DNA of 64,000 nucleotides from an uncultured Ignavibacteriales bacterium (GCA_964489705.1 CAZAZQ010000008.1:4416-68415); one strand, 5' to 3'. Shown: positions 26,890 to 37,156, counted from the first letter of the stretch. Notes: generated by a model not told the origin, from the sequence alone. Numbers and translations: made by a program.

Positions 26890-26920
26890 AAGGCAGGAGC
26901 GAGAAGCTCCTGCCTTTCTT
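26890..26920 (+). terminator. Terminator-like hairpin after the M16 peptidase gene
   Basis: AAGGCAGGAGC-gagaa-GCTCCTGCCTT has an 11-bp stem and is followed by TCTT. The U-tract is weak. Confidence 0.55.
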
Positions 26921-27047
26921 AATGGGAAGAGTCAATCTCAGTGGGGCTCCGTGAGTGGAGCCGTTTTCTCGAAGGGGCGGTTAAGAGACGTTGACGCTGG
27001 GGCTTTCAACCGCTATATTCCAGCCCTTAAGAAGAGAAGGAGCAGCC

Positions 27048-29285
27048 GTGAAAACATCGTTTACGCAGCCCGCCGTGACGCCGGAACTGGTGAAAGTTCA
27101 TGGCTTGAGTGATGAAGAATACCGGCGGGTAAAAGAAATCTTGGGGCGGGAGCCGAATTACACCGAACTGGGCGTTTTTTCCGTTATGTGGTCGGAGCAT
27201 TGTTCGTATAAGAACTCCATTGCCCTTTTGAAAACCCTTCCGCGTGAGGGAGAGCACTTGCTGGCGAAAGCCGGGGAAGAAAACGCCGGAGCGGTGGATA
27301 TTGGCGACGGTTTGGCGGTGGTATTCAAAATAGAATCGCACAACCACCCCTCGGCGGTGGAGCCGTACCAAGGAGCGGCAACCGGGGTGGGGGGGATTTT
27401 GCGGGATATTTTCACGATGGGCGCTCGGCCTATCGCCTGTCTCAATTCCTTGCGCTTCGGTTCGCCGGACAACCCACGGGTGCGCTACCTGGTGGACGGC
27501 GTGGTGCGCGGTATCGGCGATTACGGCAACTCATTCGGTGTCCCCACGGTGGCGGGGGAAGTTTTTTTCGACGAAGCCTATACCGGTAACCCGCTGGTGA
27601 ACGCCATGGCAGTGGGTATCGTGAAAAGCGACCGCATCGCTTCCGCTATTGCCACCGGGGAGGGAAATCCCTTGATGATTGTCGGCTCCAAGACCGGGCG
27701 GGACGGGATTCACGGGGCGACTTTTGCCTCCGAAGAGCTCAGCGAAGCTTCCGAAGCCAAACGTCCCTCCGTGCAAATCGGCGATCCGTTTACGGAGAAG
27801 TTGTTGGTCGAGGCGACCCTTGAGATAATCGAGAAAGACCTCATCGTCGGTATTCAGGACATGGGCGCCGCCGGGATTACCTGCTCCAGCTCGGAGATGT
27901 CGGCGAAAGGGAACGCCGGGGTGGTGCTCGACATCGACAAGGTGCCGGTGCGGGAACCGGGGATGACGCCGTATGAGATTCTTCTCTCCGAGTCACAGGA
28001 GCGGATGTTGGTCTGTGTGAAAAAGGGGAAGGAAAAGGAAATCAAAGAGGTTTTCGATAAATGGGATCTCGACTCGACCGTTATCGGTTACGTCACTAAC
28101 GACGGCATGATGAGAGTGCGGTTGAACGGTGAGGTTGTCTCCGAGGTGCCGTCGGAGTCGTTGGTGCTGGGCGGCGGCGCGCCGGTCTACCATCGGGAAA
28201 CCAAGCGTCCGGCGTACATGGACGAAATCGTCAAGCTCGACCTTGCCGATTACCCCCTCGACAGGAACTGGAGCGAGACTCTCCTGACTATGCTGGCGGC
28301 TCCCAATATCTGTAACAAGAGCTGGGTCTTTGACCAGTACGATTCGATGGTGCGCACCAACACGGCGGTTGGTCCCGGCTCGGATGCGGCGGTGTTACGC
28401 CTGCGCAAGACCAAGAAGGCGCTCGCCATGACCACCGACTGCAATGCCCGCTATTGTTATATCAACCCTCGCCGGGGCGCTCAGAGTGCGGTGGCGGAAG
28501 CGGCGCGGAATATCGTCTGCTCCGGTGGGAAGCCGCTGGCGGTGACCAACTGCTTGAATTTCGGCAATCCCTATAAGCCGGAAATTTACTACGGCTTTGC
28601 CGAATCGGTGGCGGGCATGGGAGAAGCCTGCCGGATTTTCAATACGCCGGTGACGGGCGGTAACGTCTCTTTCTATAATGAGGATCCCGAGCGAGCGGTC
28701 TTCCCCACGCCGACTATCGGGATGATTGGATTGGTCGAGGATGTGGCACATATCACGACTCAATGGTTCAAGGACGAAGGAGACGTTATCTTCTTGCTGG
28801 GGGAAAACAAGGAAGAGCTCGGCGCATCCGAATACCTCCACACGATATTTCACCAGACCAAAGGCGCCGTGCCCGAACTGGATTTAACCTTCGAGCGCCG
28901 TCTTCAAGAAGCGTTGCTGGGCGCCATTCAAGCCGGCTTTGTCAAATCCGCTCATGACTGCGCCGAAGGCGGTCTTGCCGTGGCGGTGGCGGAATGCTGC
29001 ATTTCAAATCGGGAAAATCCGCTCGGAGCCCAAATAACGTTGGAAGACCGTATTCGCTCCGACTGCCTGCTGTTTGGTGAGACGCAGTCACGGGTGGTTA
29101 TCAGCGTGGCGCCGGAAAATGTCGAGAAGGTGGAAGCGTTTTTCTCCGAAAAGAAGGTGCCGTGCACCCGTATCGGCACCGTCGGCGGAGAGAGATTGAC
29201 AATAAATTCTCTGGTCGATGTCACCCTTGCGCAGATGTCCGAGGCGTACTTTACTTCCCTGTCGAAGTTGATGGAGTGGATATAG
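27048..29285 (+). CDS. purL: Phosphoribosylformylglycinamidine synthase subunit PurL
   Basis: GAAGGAG lies upstream of the GTG at 27048. The motifs [32 protein letters not shown] and DCNARY are present. The ORF-track TTG start at 26991 is probably too early. Confidence 0.92.
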   Translation: MKTSFTQPAVTPELVKVHGLSDEEYRRVKEILGREPNYTELGVFSVMWSEHCSYKNSIALLKTLPREGEHLLAKAGEENAGAVDIGDGLAVVFKIESHNHPSAVEPYQGAATGVGGILRDIFTMGARPIACLNSLRFGSPDNPRVRYLVDGVVRGIGDYGNSFGVPTVAGEVFFDEAYTGNPLVNAMAVGIVKSDRIASAIATGEGNPLMIVGSKTGRDGIHGATFASEELSEASEAKRPSVQIGDPFTEKLLVEATLEIIEKDLIVGIQDMGAAGITCSSSEMSAKGNAGVVLDIDKVPVREPGMTPYEILLSESQERMLVCVKKGKEKEIKEVFDKWDLDSTVIGYVTNDGMMRVRLNGEVVSEVPSESLVLGGGAPVYHRETKRPAYMDEIVKLDLADYPLDRNWSETLLTMLAAPNICNKSWVFDQYDSMVRTNTAVGPGSDAAVLRLRKTKKALAMTTDCNARYCYINPRRGAQSAVAEAARNIVCSGGKPLAVTNCLNFGNPYKPEIYYGFAESVAGMGEACRIFNTPVTGGNVSFYNEDPERAVFPTPTIGMIGLVEDVAHITTQWFKDEGDVIFLLGENKEELGASEYLHTIFHQTKGAVPELDLTFERRLQEALLGAIQAGFVKSAHDCAEGGLAVAVAECCISNRENPLGAQITLEDRIRSDCLLFGETQSRVVISVAPENVEKVEAFFSEKKVPCTRIGTVGGERLTINSLVDVTLAQMSEAYFTSLSKLMEWI

Positions 29286-29300
29286 GAGACGGCGTCTCCT
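29284..29300. terminator. Short hairpin between the convergent purL and cusA genes
   Basis: AGGAGAC-ggc-GTCTCCT has a 7-bp stem and is followed by TTCTTT. Confidence 0.4.
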
Positions 29301-29304
29301 TTCT

Positions 29305-32300
29305 TTACTTGTCACCGGAAGCCTCTGCCTGAGCGTTGAGTTTTTCGGTTCGGCGGAGTTTTCTTTCCGCAAGGGCGCTGTAGAGCACCGGCACCAAGAA
29401 GACCGTAATCAAAACCACGCTCATCCCTCCGAATGAAGGAATCGCCATCGGCACCATGATATCAGAGCCGCGTCCCGTCGAGGTGAGAACCGGAATCAAG
29501 GCAAGGATAGTGGTTGCGGAGGTCATCAGAGCCGGTCGGATTCTTCGCTTACCGGCAAGGAGGACGGCGCTGTGAATATCTTTGATGGTAGCCGGCCGTT
29601 CCATATCGAACACCTGTTTGAGGTAGGTGGAGATAATCACGCCGTTGTCGCTGGCGATGCCGAACAGCGCCAAGAAACCGACCCACACCGCCACCGACAG
29701 GTTGAAGGGACGGATCTGGAAAAGCTCCTGCATGTTGACGCCGAAAAGGGAGAAGTTCATGAACCAGTCTTGTCCGTAGAACCACAGCATGAGGAAACCG
29801 CCCGCCCACGCCACGAAAATCCCGGAGAACACCAACATCGTGGTAGAGACGGACTTGAATTGGAAGTAGAGAATCAAGAAGATGATAAGCAGCGCAAGCG
29901 GGAGCACCACCTTGAGCTTTTTCTCGGAACGGATTTGGTTTTCATAGCTCCCGGCAAAGGTATAGCTCACTCCCGCCGGAATCTTCAGCTCGCCGCTCTT
30001 TATTTTGGCTTCCAAATACCGGCGTGCCGCTTCCACGACTTCGACTTCCGCATACTTCGGCTTTTTGTCGAAGATAACATAGCCGGTCAAGAATGTGTCC
30101 TCCGATTTGATGACCATCGGACCTCGGACGAACGTGATTTCGGCAACTTCGGTCAACGGCACCTGGGTGCCGTCCGGAGCGGCGATGAGCACTTTGCCCA
30201 GCGCTTCGAGGGTGTTGCGGAGCTCCCGCTGGTAGCGGACGCGGACGGGATAACGTTCCCTTCCCTCAACGGTCGTAGTAATTCGTTTGCCCCCCAGTGC
30301 CACTTCGATGACATCTTGCACCTGTCTGATATGAATGCCGTAGCGGGAGATGGCTTCCCGGTCGATGTTTATCTCCAAGTACGGCTTTCCGACGATGCGG
30401 TCGGCTAAAACCGTGGTCGGCTCGATGGCGGGGACTTCCTTGAGGAAACGCTCGATTTCGTAGCCGACCTGCTCAATGGTTTTCAAGTCCGGACCCTTGA
30501 TTTTGACGCCCATCGGCGCCCGCATCCCTGATTGCAACATGACCAAGCGGGTGGCAATCGGTTGCAGTTTCGGTGCGGAGGTGGTACCGGTCAGTTTGCC
30601 GGCTTTGACGATTTCTTTCCAGATGTCGTCCGGCGATTTGATATGTTCCCGCCATTGGCGGTACGGTTTGCCGTCCGGGTCGGGAGTAAGTTCGCCGTTT
30701 TCATCCCGCACGAAGGTATTGTTTTTCTTGTCGAATTTGAAGCGGAGAATTTTTCCGTTTCGGTCGGTGCGGTATTCCGGTTTGTAATTGATGATGGTTT
30801 CTATCATCGAAATCGGCGCCGGATCAAGCGGGCTGTCAACCCGTCCCAATTTTCCCACCACCGACTCGATTTCCGGGATGTTGCTGAAGGCTTTGTCTTG
30901 AAGCTGCAATACGTCCAGCGCTTCTCCGATGGAAGCGTGGGGCATGGTGGTCGGCATGTACAGGAAGGAACCTTCGTCGAGGCTGGGCATAAATTCTTTC
31001 CCCAAGCCGGGGAAAGAGTGATTGAGAGCGGTGTACAAACGGGTCGAACGTATCCAATCCGGCAGGAAACCGGCAAGGCGGTCGAATCCCAGCCAGATAG
31101 CGGCGCCGAGCACAATCAGGAAAAGCGGAATAGCCAAAAAGGTCTTCTTATGAAAAAGACACCATCTCAGGATAGGCTCGTAGTATTTGATGAGAAGGTG
31201 GATAAGGTAGAGAGTACTTCCCAAAAGCAATGCGGTGAACAGGAAGTTGAGAAATATGCCCGCTTCGATTCCCAGCGGTGACCAATGCGATGCCAAGAAG
31301 AATGCCACAATGATGACGATGACATAGTTGATGGCGACAGGCAATTTCACCCGGAAGCTTTCCGGCAGACGATTTTTGAAAATCAGATATGCGGCGATGC
31401 CGATAAGAGCAAATCCCGCCCACGTGAACGACCAGAACAACAATGTGATGCCTCCCAGAGTAATACCGAATGCCAGCAGGCGACTGGAGGAAGGGACTTT
31501 TATCTTTTTGGTAAAGAGGATGTGAGCCAACGGGGGGATAATTGCCAACGCAACAATAACCGACGCCAAAAGCGCAAAAGTCTTGGTATATGCCAGCGGT
31601 TTGAACAGTTTCCCTTCGGCGGCGTGCATGGTGAAGACCGGTAGGAACGATACGACCGTGGTCGCAATAGCGGTCACCACTGCTCCTCCGACCTCGGTGG
31701 TGGCGTTGTAGATGATTTCCAGCCGATTCGCTTCCGGCGAACTGGTTCTTAAATGCCGGATGATATTTTCCGTGACGACAATGCCCATATCGACAATCGT
31801 TCCGATGGCGATGGCAATGCCTGAGAGCGCCACAATGTTGGCGTCGACTCGGAAGAGCTTCATGGCGATAAAGACCATCAAAACCGTCAAGGGGAGCAAG
31901 CCGGAAATGAGCAAGGAGCTCCGAAAGTGCATCACCATGAGAATGACGACGATAATTGTGACCAGAATTTCGTCGATGAGAGCGGTGTTGAGGGTGCCGA
32001 GGGTTTCGTAAATCAAATCGGTGCGGTCGTAGAACGGCACTATCTTCACTTGTGATTCGGTACCGTCGGGGAGAGTCTTTTTGGGCAGTCCGGGAGCGAT
32101 TTCTTTTATTTTTTCTTTGACATGTTTGATAACCGCCAGCGGGTTTTCTCCGTAGCGGACAACCACCACCCCGCCGACCGCTTCCGCGCCGCCTTTATCC
32201 AGGGCGCCGCGCCGTAAAGCCGGTCCCAGCGACACCGTGGCGACGTCTTTGATGCGAATGGGAACCCGGTCGTGCTCTTTGACGACGGTGTTTTCAATGT

Positions 32301-33102
32301 CCCGCAGTTGGCGGATGAATCCCAACCCCCGAATGACATATTCGACTTTGTTTATTTCAATCGTTTTGGCGCCGACATCGACGTTCGACATCCGCACCGC
32401 CTGGAAAACGTCGGTGAGTTTCACTCCATAGGCACGCAAAGCATCCGGGTTGACGTCTATTTGGTACTCCCGGACAAAGCCGCCGATGGAGGCGACTTCC
32501 GCCACTCCGTCGGCAGACATCAGGGCATAGCGCACCGTCCAGTCTTGAATCGAGCGCAATTCGTCCAAATCCCAGCCGCCGGTCGGGTTGCCGTCCTTGT
32601 CTTGCCCTTCCAGTGTGTACCAGAACACCTGCCCCAACGCCGTCGCATCGGGTCCCAATGCCGGTTGGACGCCGTCGGGAAGCGTCCCCGCGGAGAGAGA
32701 GTTCAGTTTTTCCAAAATCCGTGAGCGTGACCAGTAAAACTCCACCTCATCTTTGAAAATGACGTAGATGCTCGAAAAACCGAAGAAGGAATAGCTCCGT
32801 ATCGTCCGCACGCCGGGAATGCCCAAGAGGGCGACGGTCAAAGGATACGTGATTTGGTCTTCGACGTCCTGCGGAGAGCGTCCCATCCACTTGGTGAAGA
32901 CAATCTGCTGGTTTTCTCCAATGTCGGGGATGGCGTCGACCGGCACCGGATCACGGGGAAGGAAATCCCATCGCCAATCGAACGGAGCGACCGTGATGCC
33001 CCAGACGATTAAGGTCAACGTCATCAGGATGATGAGCAGCTTGTTGGTCAGGCAAAAGCGAATAAAGCGGTTGAGCAGGGTTGGCTTGGGCGTGAAGGTC
33101 AT
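29305..33102 (-). CDS. cusA: CusA/CzcA-family heavy-metal RND efflux permease, oversized at 1265 aa
   Basis: The RND architecture is full length. Met-containing motifs FLYMPTTMP, APISMIETI and LVMLQSGM align, from my memory of the E. coli sequence, with the CusA Met573/623/672 cluster. An extra hydrophobic insert lies between TM6 and TM7. Confidence 0.88.
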   Translation of the reverse strand: MTFTPKPTLLNRFIRFCLTNKLLIILMTLTLIVWGITVAPFDWRWDFLPRDPVPVDAIPDIGENQQIVFTKWMGRSPQDVEDQITYPLTVALLGIPGVRTIRSYSFFGFSSIYVIFKDEVEFYWSRSRILEKLNSLSAGTLPDGVQPALGPDATALGQVFWYTLEGQDKDGNPTGGWDLDELRSIQDWTVRYALMSADGVAEVASIGGFVREYQIDVNPDALRAYGVKLTDVFQAVRMSNVDVGAKTIEINKVEYVIRGLGFIRQLRDIENTVVKEHDRVPIRIKDVATVSLGPALRRGALDKGGAEAVGGVVVVRYGENPLAVIKHVKEKIKEIAPGLPKKTLPDGTESQVKIVPFYDRTDLIYETLGTLNTALIDEILVTIIVVILMVMHFRSSLLISGLLPLTVLMVFIAMKLFRVDANIVALSGIAIAIGTIVDMGIVVTENIIRHLRTSSPEANRLEIIYNATTEVGGAVVTAIATTVVSFLPVFTMHAAEGKLFKPLAYTKTFALLASVIVALAIIPPLAHILFTKKIKVPSSSRLLAFGITLGGITLLFWSFTWAGFALIGIAAYLIFKNRLPESFRVKLPVAINYVIVIIVAFFLASHWSPLGIEAGIFLNFLFTALLLGSTLYLIHLLIKYYEPILRWCLFHKKTFLAIPLFLIVLGAAIWLGFDRLAGFLPDWIRSTRLYTALNHSFPGLGKEFMPSLDEGSFLYMPTTMPHASIGEALDVLQLQDKAFSNIPEIESVVGKLGRVDSPLDPAPISMIETIINYKPEYRTDRNGKILRFKFDKKNNTFVRDENGELTPDPDGKPYRQWREHIKSPDDIWKEIVKAGKLTGTTSAPKLQPIATRLVMLQSGMRAPMGVKIKGPDLKTIEQVGYEIERFLKEVPAIEPTTVLADRIVGKPYLEINIDREAISRYGIHIRQVQDVIEVALGGKRITTTVEGRERYPVRVRYQRELRNTLEALGKVLIAAPDGTQVPLTEVAEITFVRGPMVIKSEDTFLTGYVIFDKKPKYAEVEVVEAARRYLEAKIKSGELKIPAGVSYTFAGSYENQIRSEKKLKVVLPLALLIIFLILYFQFKSVSTTMLVFSGIFVAWAGGFLMLWFYGQDWFMNFSLFGVNMQELFQIRPFNLSVAVWVGFLALFGIASDNGVIISTYLKQVFDMERPATIKDIHSAVLLAGKRRIRPALMTSATTILALIPVLTSTGRGSDIMVPMAIPSFGGMSVVLITVFLVPVLYSALAERKLRRTEKLNAQAEASGDK

Positions 33103-33106
33103 GGGA

Positions 33107-35161
33107 CTATTTTCCTTCTTTCGAGGGGAGGGTTACTTTCGGTTCCGGGCAGGACGGCATCACTCCGCCCAGAAAAGAGTTGTACATTGTATCGACATCC
33201 TGCAGCCATCGGGCGCCTTGGTTGTCTCGGGCGTGCGGGCAGGTGATGAGGTAGTAGGTGGCGCCGCCGGTGTGTCCGAAAGCGTCATGTAACCCGATCG
33301 TCGCCTGAGAGAGAGCGTAAAACGCCTCCCGCGCCTCATCGAGGTTTGTTGCCGAAGCTCCTGAACGAGCGGCGGAGGCAATCTCTTCGGAAAGCTCCAT
33401 CCATTTCATGTGAGCATCGCCGGAAAAGAGCGTCATATCAATCCCCGAGACCACCTCGCCGAGTTTTTCGTATCCCTTTTTCGCTGCCGCCAATTCCTCG
33501 GCGCTCAACGCCTTCTGAATCACAAAGTAGCTCTCGTACAAGGGGGTAAGCGCTTCCAGAGCTTGCTGACTCACGGCTTCTTCCGCGGCATCGGTCTTTG
33601 CCTTTGCCTCCTTTTTCGGGGGCATGGTCATACTCTCCGAGGGCGTGTCGGTAGGTGCTTGACCGTGCTGGTGGTTCGCCGGAGCTTGCCCGCCTTCCGG
33701 GCTCATCATGCTCGGCTTGGCTTGTATTTGCAGTTCGCTGTCAAGTTTGAAGGCGCCCTTGGTGACGACCAGCTCGCCTTCGGCAAGTCCGGAAGTGACG
33801 AGGTAGTAATCTCCCGCCTTGGGACCGAGGACGACCTCCCGTCCTTCAAAGAGGACTTCGCCGGTGTCGGGAAGCTGAACGTATACCACAGCCCGCTTGC
33901 CGGTAATAAGAGGAGCGGATGCGGGTATGAGCAAGGGCGCCTCCGCCGTTGCATACTCGGTGGTTTCCGTCGGCACCAGCGGCATGCCGCACAACGGACA
34001 ATCGCCGGGGTTTTCTTCGAGAATCTCCGGGTGCATGGGGCAGGTCCATTTTGTGACCGTTCGTTCGGTGGGCAGCCGGTCGAGGACGTTTCCGTTTTTG
34101 TCCAGGTAGGCTTTCACGACGCCGCTGACAAAGATGCCCGGCTTCAGTTTACCGGTCGGATTTTTGGCAACCACGCGTACCTCGACGGTACGGGTTTTTT
34201 TGTCAAAAACCGGACTGATAAACGAAACGGTTCCGGAGAACGTTTCGCCCGGAAAGGAAAGGGAAGTGAACTCGACGGTTTGTCCTTCTTTCAACCACGG
34301 GAGGTCGGATTCGTACGCTTCGAAAAGCACCCACACTTCCGACAAGTCCGCAATGGTATAGAGTCGGCTGCCGGTGTTGACGTACATCCCTTCTTTGGCG
34401 TGTTTCTCCACCACCACGCCGGTAATCGGGGAATAGATGGTCAGGTGGTCGGAGACGGTGCCGGCGGTTTCTATTTTTCTGATTTGTTCCTCCGACAAGC
34501 CGTACAGCTCCAGCTTCTTTCGGGTTGCTTCCAAAGTAATGTTTGCCGTTTCGGCTAAGAGAGGATTGGTGCGGAGGTCTTCCGCCGCTTTTTTGGCTTG
34601 TACGAGCTCTTCTTGCGCACTGAGCAACTCGGGAGAGTACACCGAGACAATGGGGTCTCCCTTCCGTACGTCCGCCCCGGTGTAGTCGACAAAGAGGCTG
34701 TCCAAGCGTCCGGGAACCCATGCCGTGAGGTAGGCGACTTTGGTTTCGTCGTATTCCAACGTGCCCACCAGCCGAATCTCCGCTTGCGCGAAAGAGCGGA
34801 TGACCGGCGTGACTTGGATGTGCGCCAATTTCTTTGCCGCCTCGCTCATGCGCAACTGACGGGCTTCCACTTCTTGGTCACCGCCGGACTCGAGCGGGAT
34901 GAGGTCCATAAAGCAGATGGGACATTTCCCCGGTTTGGGGAGCTTGATTTGGGGGTGCATGGAGCACGTCCACAGAGTCGGAGCAGCTTCGGAGGCGGAA
35001 GGAGCTGCGGCACTCTCGTCGGGGGCGGCGTACTCCGTCGGCGAAAGCAGCCAGCCGAAAGAGAATGCCACGAACACGATGAGGATGAGGGTTATCCACC
35101 CTGTGCGGTTTCGCGGGAGAAAACGAAACCAGTGCGTGTGTTTCTGTTTTGACGTGTTCAT
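33107..35161 (-). CDS. RND periplasmic adaptor (CusB-like) with two CxxC metal-binding modules and a DUF3347-like C-terminus
   Basis: The modules are WTCSMHPQIKLPKPGKCPICFMDL and WTCPMHPEILEENPGDCPLCGMPL. A central HlyD/CusB barrel-sandwich region is present (VSVYSPELLSAQEEL). A C-terminal helical domain follows. Confidence 0.85.
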   Translation of the reverse strand: MNTSKQKHTHWFRFLPRNRTGWITLILIVFVAFSFGWLLSPTEYAAPDESAAAPSASEAAPTLWTCSMHPQIKLPKPGKCPICFMDLIPLESGGDQEVEARQLRMSEAAKKLAHIQVTPVIRSFAQAEIRLVGTLEYDETKVAYLTAWVPGRLDSLFVDYTGADVRKGDPIVSVYSPELLSAQEELVQAKKAAEDLRTNPLLAETANITLEATRKKLELYGLSEEQIRKIETAGTVSDHLTIYSPITGVVVEKHAKEGMYVNTGSRLYTIADLSEVWVLFEAYESDLPWLKEGQTVEFTSLSFPGETFSGTVSFISPVFDKKTRTVEVRVVAKNPTGKLKPGIFVSGVVKAYLDKNGNVLDRLPTERTVTKWTCPMHPEILEENPGDCPLCGMPLVPTETTEYATAEAPLLIPASAPLITGKRAVVYVQLPDTGEVLFEGREVVLGPKAGDYYLVTSGLAEGELVVTKGAFKLDSELQIQAKPSMMSPEGGQAPANHQHGQAPTDTPSESMTMPPKKEAKAKTDAAEEAVSQQALEALTPLYESYFVIQKALSAEELAAAKKGYEKLGEVVSGIDMTLFSGDAHMKWMELSEEIASAARSGASATNLDEAREAFYALSQATIGLHDAFGHTGGATYYLITCPHARDNQGARWLQDVDTMYNSFLGGVMPSCPEPKVTLPSKEGK

Positions 35162-35202
35162 GGCATTTTTCCTTTATCTTTCTTCACTCGGTTAGAGACT
35201 TC

Positions 35203-35667
35203 TTACTTGGTTTTCTTTGCTTCCGGGGCGTCCATGGCGGAGAGGAACTTCTGCGGATCCTTGTTGAAAGTGGCAACACACCCTTCGCAACAGAAGTAAA
35301 TCCGTCGTCCCTCGTAATCGGTGTAGATTTCTTTCTTGTCCAACTCCTTGCCGGAGACCGGACAGGTGGTTTGGACGTTTTCGAACAAAACCCCCGCTTC
35401 GGCGGCTTTCTTGAAATAGGTGTCGGGGTCGGCTTTCATTTTCTTGGAACACATGGGACAGCAGAAGTAGACCCGTTGTCCTTGAATGTCGATGTAAGCG
35501 GAGGAGTCGATTTCTCCGCCCATGACGGGACAGAGGGTCTGTGGACTCAGCTTCTTTTCTTTGGGTGCGTCTTTCTTCGCCGGTTTCTCCGGTTGAGCCG
35601 CAGAGAGGGGAAGTGCCACCATCAGGGAGACGGCAAGCACGGTGATAAGGGAAAGTGACTTTTTCAT
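35203..35667 (-). CDS. Secreted tandem YHS/TRASH-domain metal-binding protein
   Basis: A signal peptide is present. The two repeats are CPVMGGEI...YFCCPMCSKKMKADPDTYF and CPVSGKEL...YFCCEGCVATFNKDPQKF. Confidence 0.8.
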   Translation of the reverse strand: MKKSLSLITVLAVSLMVALPLSAAQPEKPAKKDAPKEKKLSPQTLCPVMGGEIDSSAYIDIQGQRVYFCCPMCSKKMKADPDTYFKKAAEAGVLFENVQTTCPVSGKELDKKEIYTDYEGRRIYFCCEGCVATFNKDPQKFLSAMDAPEAKKTK

Positions 35668-35683
35668 GAAAAAACTCCTTTAG

Positions 35684-37051
35684 TTAAAAATTGCCTTTTA
35701 GAGGGTTCAATTCTTTGCCGGTCAGCATTTCGACCTCGGCAAGTTTCTTGGCGGCGACAGTGCGCGCCGTTTCCAATTTTAGTTGAAACGCCAGCAGTTG
35801 TCGCTGAGCGTCGAGAATGGTCAAAAAATCCGTGGCTCCGGCTTGGTAAGCGGCAAACGAAGCTTTGAGTGACTGTTCGGCTTTGGGCAACAGGTCGGTG
35901 GTATAGAGGGTGATGTTCCGGCGGGCGTTTTCGTATTCGTAGACGGTTTGCGCCAAGAAGGTGCGAAGCGAATTGCCGAAATCTTCCTTTTGATACTGCA
36001 CTTGGCGGTAGCGGGCGGCGGCGGAACGCCGCAAGGCTTTGTTTTTTCCGAACCAGAGCGGGAGATTGACGCTTACGCCGACCAACCAGGGATCCTTGCC
36101 GCTTTCCGCCAGAGCGGGATTGAGCGCCTCGCCGGTCTCGATGTAGTTGACGCTGAAGGAAAAGTTCGGGTAGGAGGACTTTTTAGCCAGAGCTATCTCT
36201 GCTTTTTCTTTTTCGATGAGGTGACGGATGGCTTCGAGATTCGGGTTGTGTTCCAAAGCGTATGCAACCAGCGAGTCGGGAGCAAGCTCCGGAAGTGGTA
36301 TTGCCGGCGCCGACGGGGCGGGAAAACGTTCGCCGTCCGAAGCATTCAAAAGCGCTTTCAGGCGCGCAAGCAACGGCGCTTTTTGTTCTCTGAGCTCTTC
36401 CAAGCGGTTACGCAGAAGGTCCAGCTCTATTTGAACCTTGAGAACGTCCGGTTGGTGTTTTCTGCCGGTTTTGAAACCGGTCAGGATGATGTTTTCCCAC
36501 AAGGAAAGCAGCGCGATGTTGTCCTGGGTCAGTTCCGTTTCCCGATGAAGGAGATAATAATCGTAGTAGGCACTCTTCACCGCATACGACACACGCAGCA
36601 TTTCTTGTCGATATTTTTGATATGCCGCCTGCGCTTTTTCGAAGGCGGCGTCGCCTTTTTTACTGAGGGTACCGAACCACGGAAAAGCCTGCTTGATGCC
36701 GACTTTCCAGTTTTGCGGTCCGACCCGCGTTTCCACGTTTTCAATGTAATAGGCATACGTTATCATCGGATCCGGCAACGAATTGACAGAGGGAATTTTC
36801 ACCAACGCCGCCTTCCAACGATAGAACGCGGCTTTCAAGGCAGGATTGCGGAGATAGGCACGGCGGAGGTAATCGTTGAGAGTGTGCAGGGTGTCTACGG
36901 TGGTCGATGCGTGTTCATCGTTACGGAAGGATTCTTCGAGTTGGCCCATCTGTCGGAGGGCATCTTTCCTTTCGGAGCTGAAGCTCGCCGACCCCAATCC
37001 GATGACGAGGGCAAAAAGCACTACCGATATGTTGAAGCCTGGTATTCTCAT
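35684..37051 (-). CDS. TolC-family outer-membrane efflux protein
   Basis: It shows the two-repeat OEP architecture and a signal peptide from the ATG at 37051 (MRIPGFNISVVLFALVIGLGSA). The ORF-track TTG start at 37081 is probably too early. Confidence 0.85.
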   Translation of the reverse strand: MRIPGFNISVVLFALVIGLGSASFSSERKDALRQMGQLEESFRNDEHASTTVDTLHTLNDYLRRAYLRNPALKAAFYRWKAALVKIPSVNSLPDPMITYAYYIENVETRVGPQNWKVGIKQAFPWFGTLSKKGDAAFEKAQAAYQKYRQEMLRVSYAVKSAYYDYYLLHRETELTQDNIALLSLWENIILTGFKTGRKHQPDVLKVQIELDLLRNRLEELREQKAPLLARLKALLNASDGERFPAPSAPAIPLPELAPDSLVAYALEHNPNLEAIRHLIEKEKAEIALAKKSSYPNFSFSVNYIETGEALNPALAESGKDPWLVGVSVNLPLWFGKNKALRRSAAARYRQVQYQKEDFGNSLRTFLAQTVYEYENARRNITLYTTDLLPKAEQSLKASFAAYQAGATDFLTILDAQRQLLAFQLKLETARTVAAKKLAEVEMLTGKELNPLKGNF

Positions 37052-37063
37052 TGCCGAGCTATA

Positions 37064-37080
37064 GGTCAAAAAGTATGCCA
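37064..37080 (-). promoter_or_regulatory. Weak sigma-54-like promoter element upstream of the efflux operon
   Basis: The reverse strand reads TGGCAT-ACTTT-TTGAC. The GG-N10 spacing is correct but the -12 GC is replaced by GA. The predicted start is within a few nt of the ATG at 37051. Confidence 0.3.
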
Positions 37081-37156
37081 AAAAAGAATTATTGGCGTAA
37101 CGTCAAGTGTCTCAGTGTGATACGGTATTGTGCGGTTTTTCCTTCGGAACTGGCGG

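Noticed and set aside
26879-27047. ORF 26879-27112 and the TTG start at 26991 for purL.
   Set aside because: The PurL homology begins at [15 protein letters not shown], where a good GAAGGAG RBS precedes the GTG at 27048. The upstream extension covers the terminator hairpin region.
33410-37120. Long plus-strand ORFs, 33410-34558 (382 aa) and 35948-37120 (390 aa).
   Set aside because: They are antisense to the CusB-like and TolC-family genes and have no motifs. I treat them as shadow ORFs.
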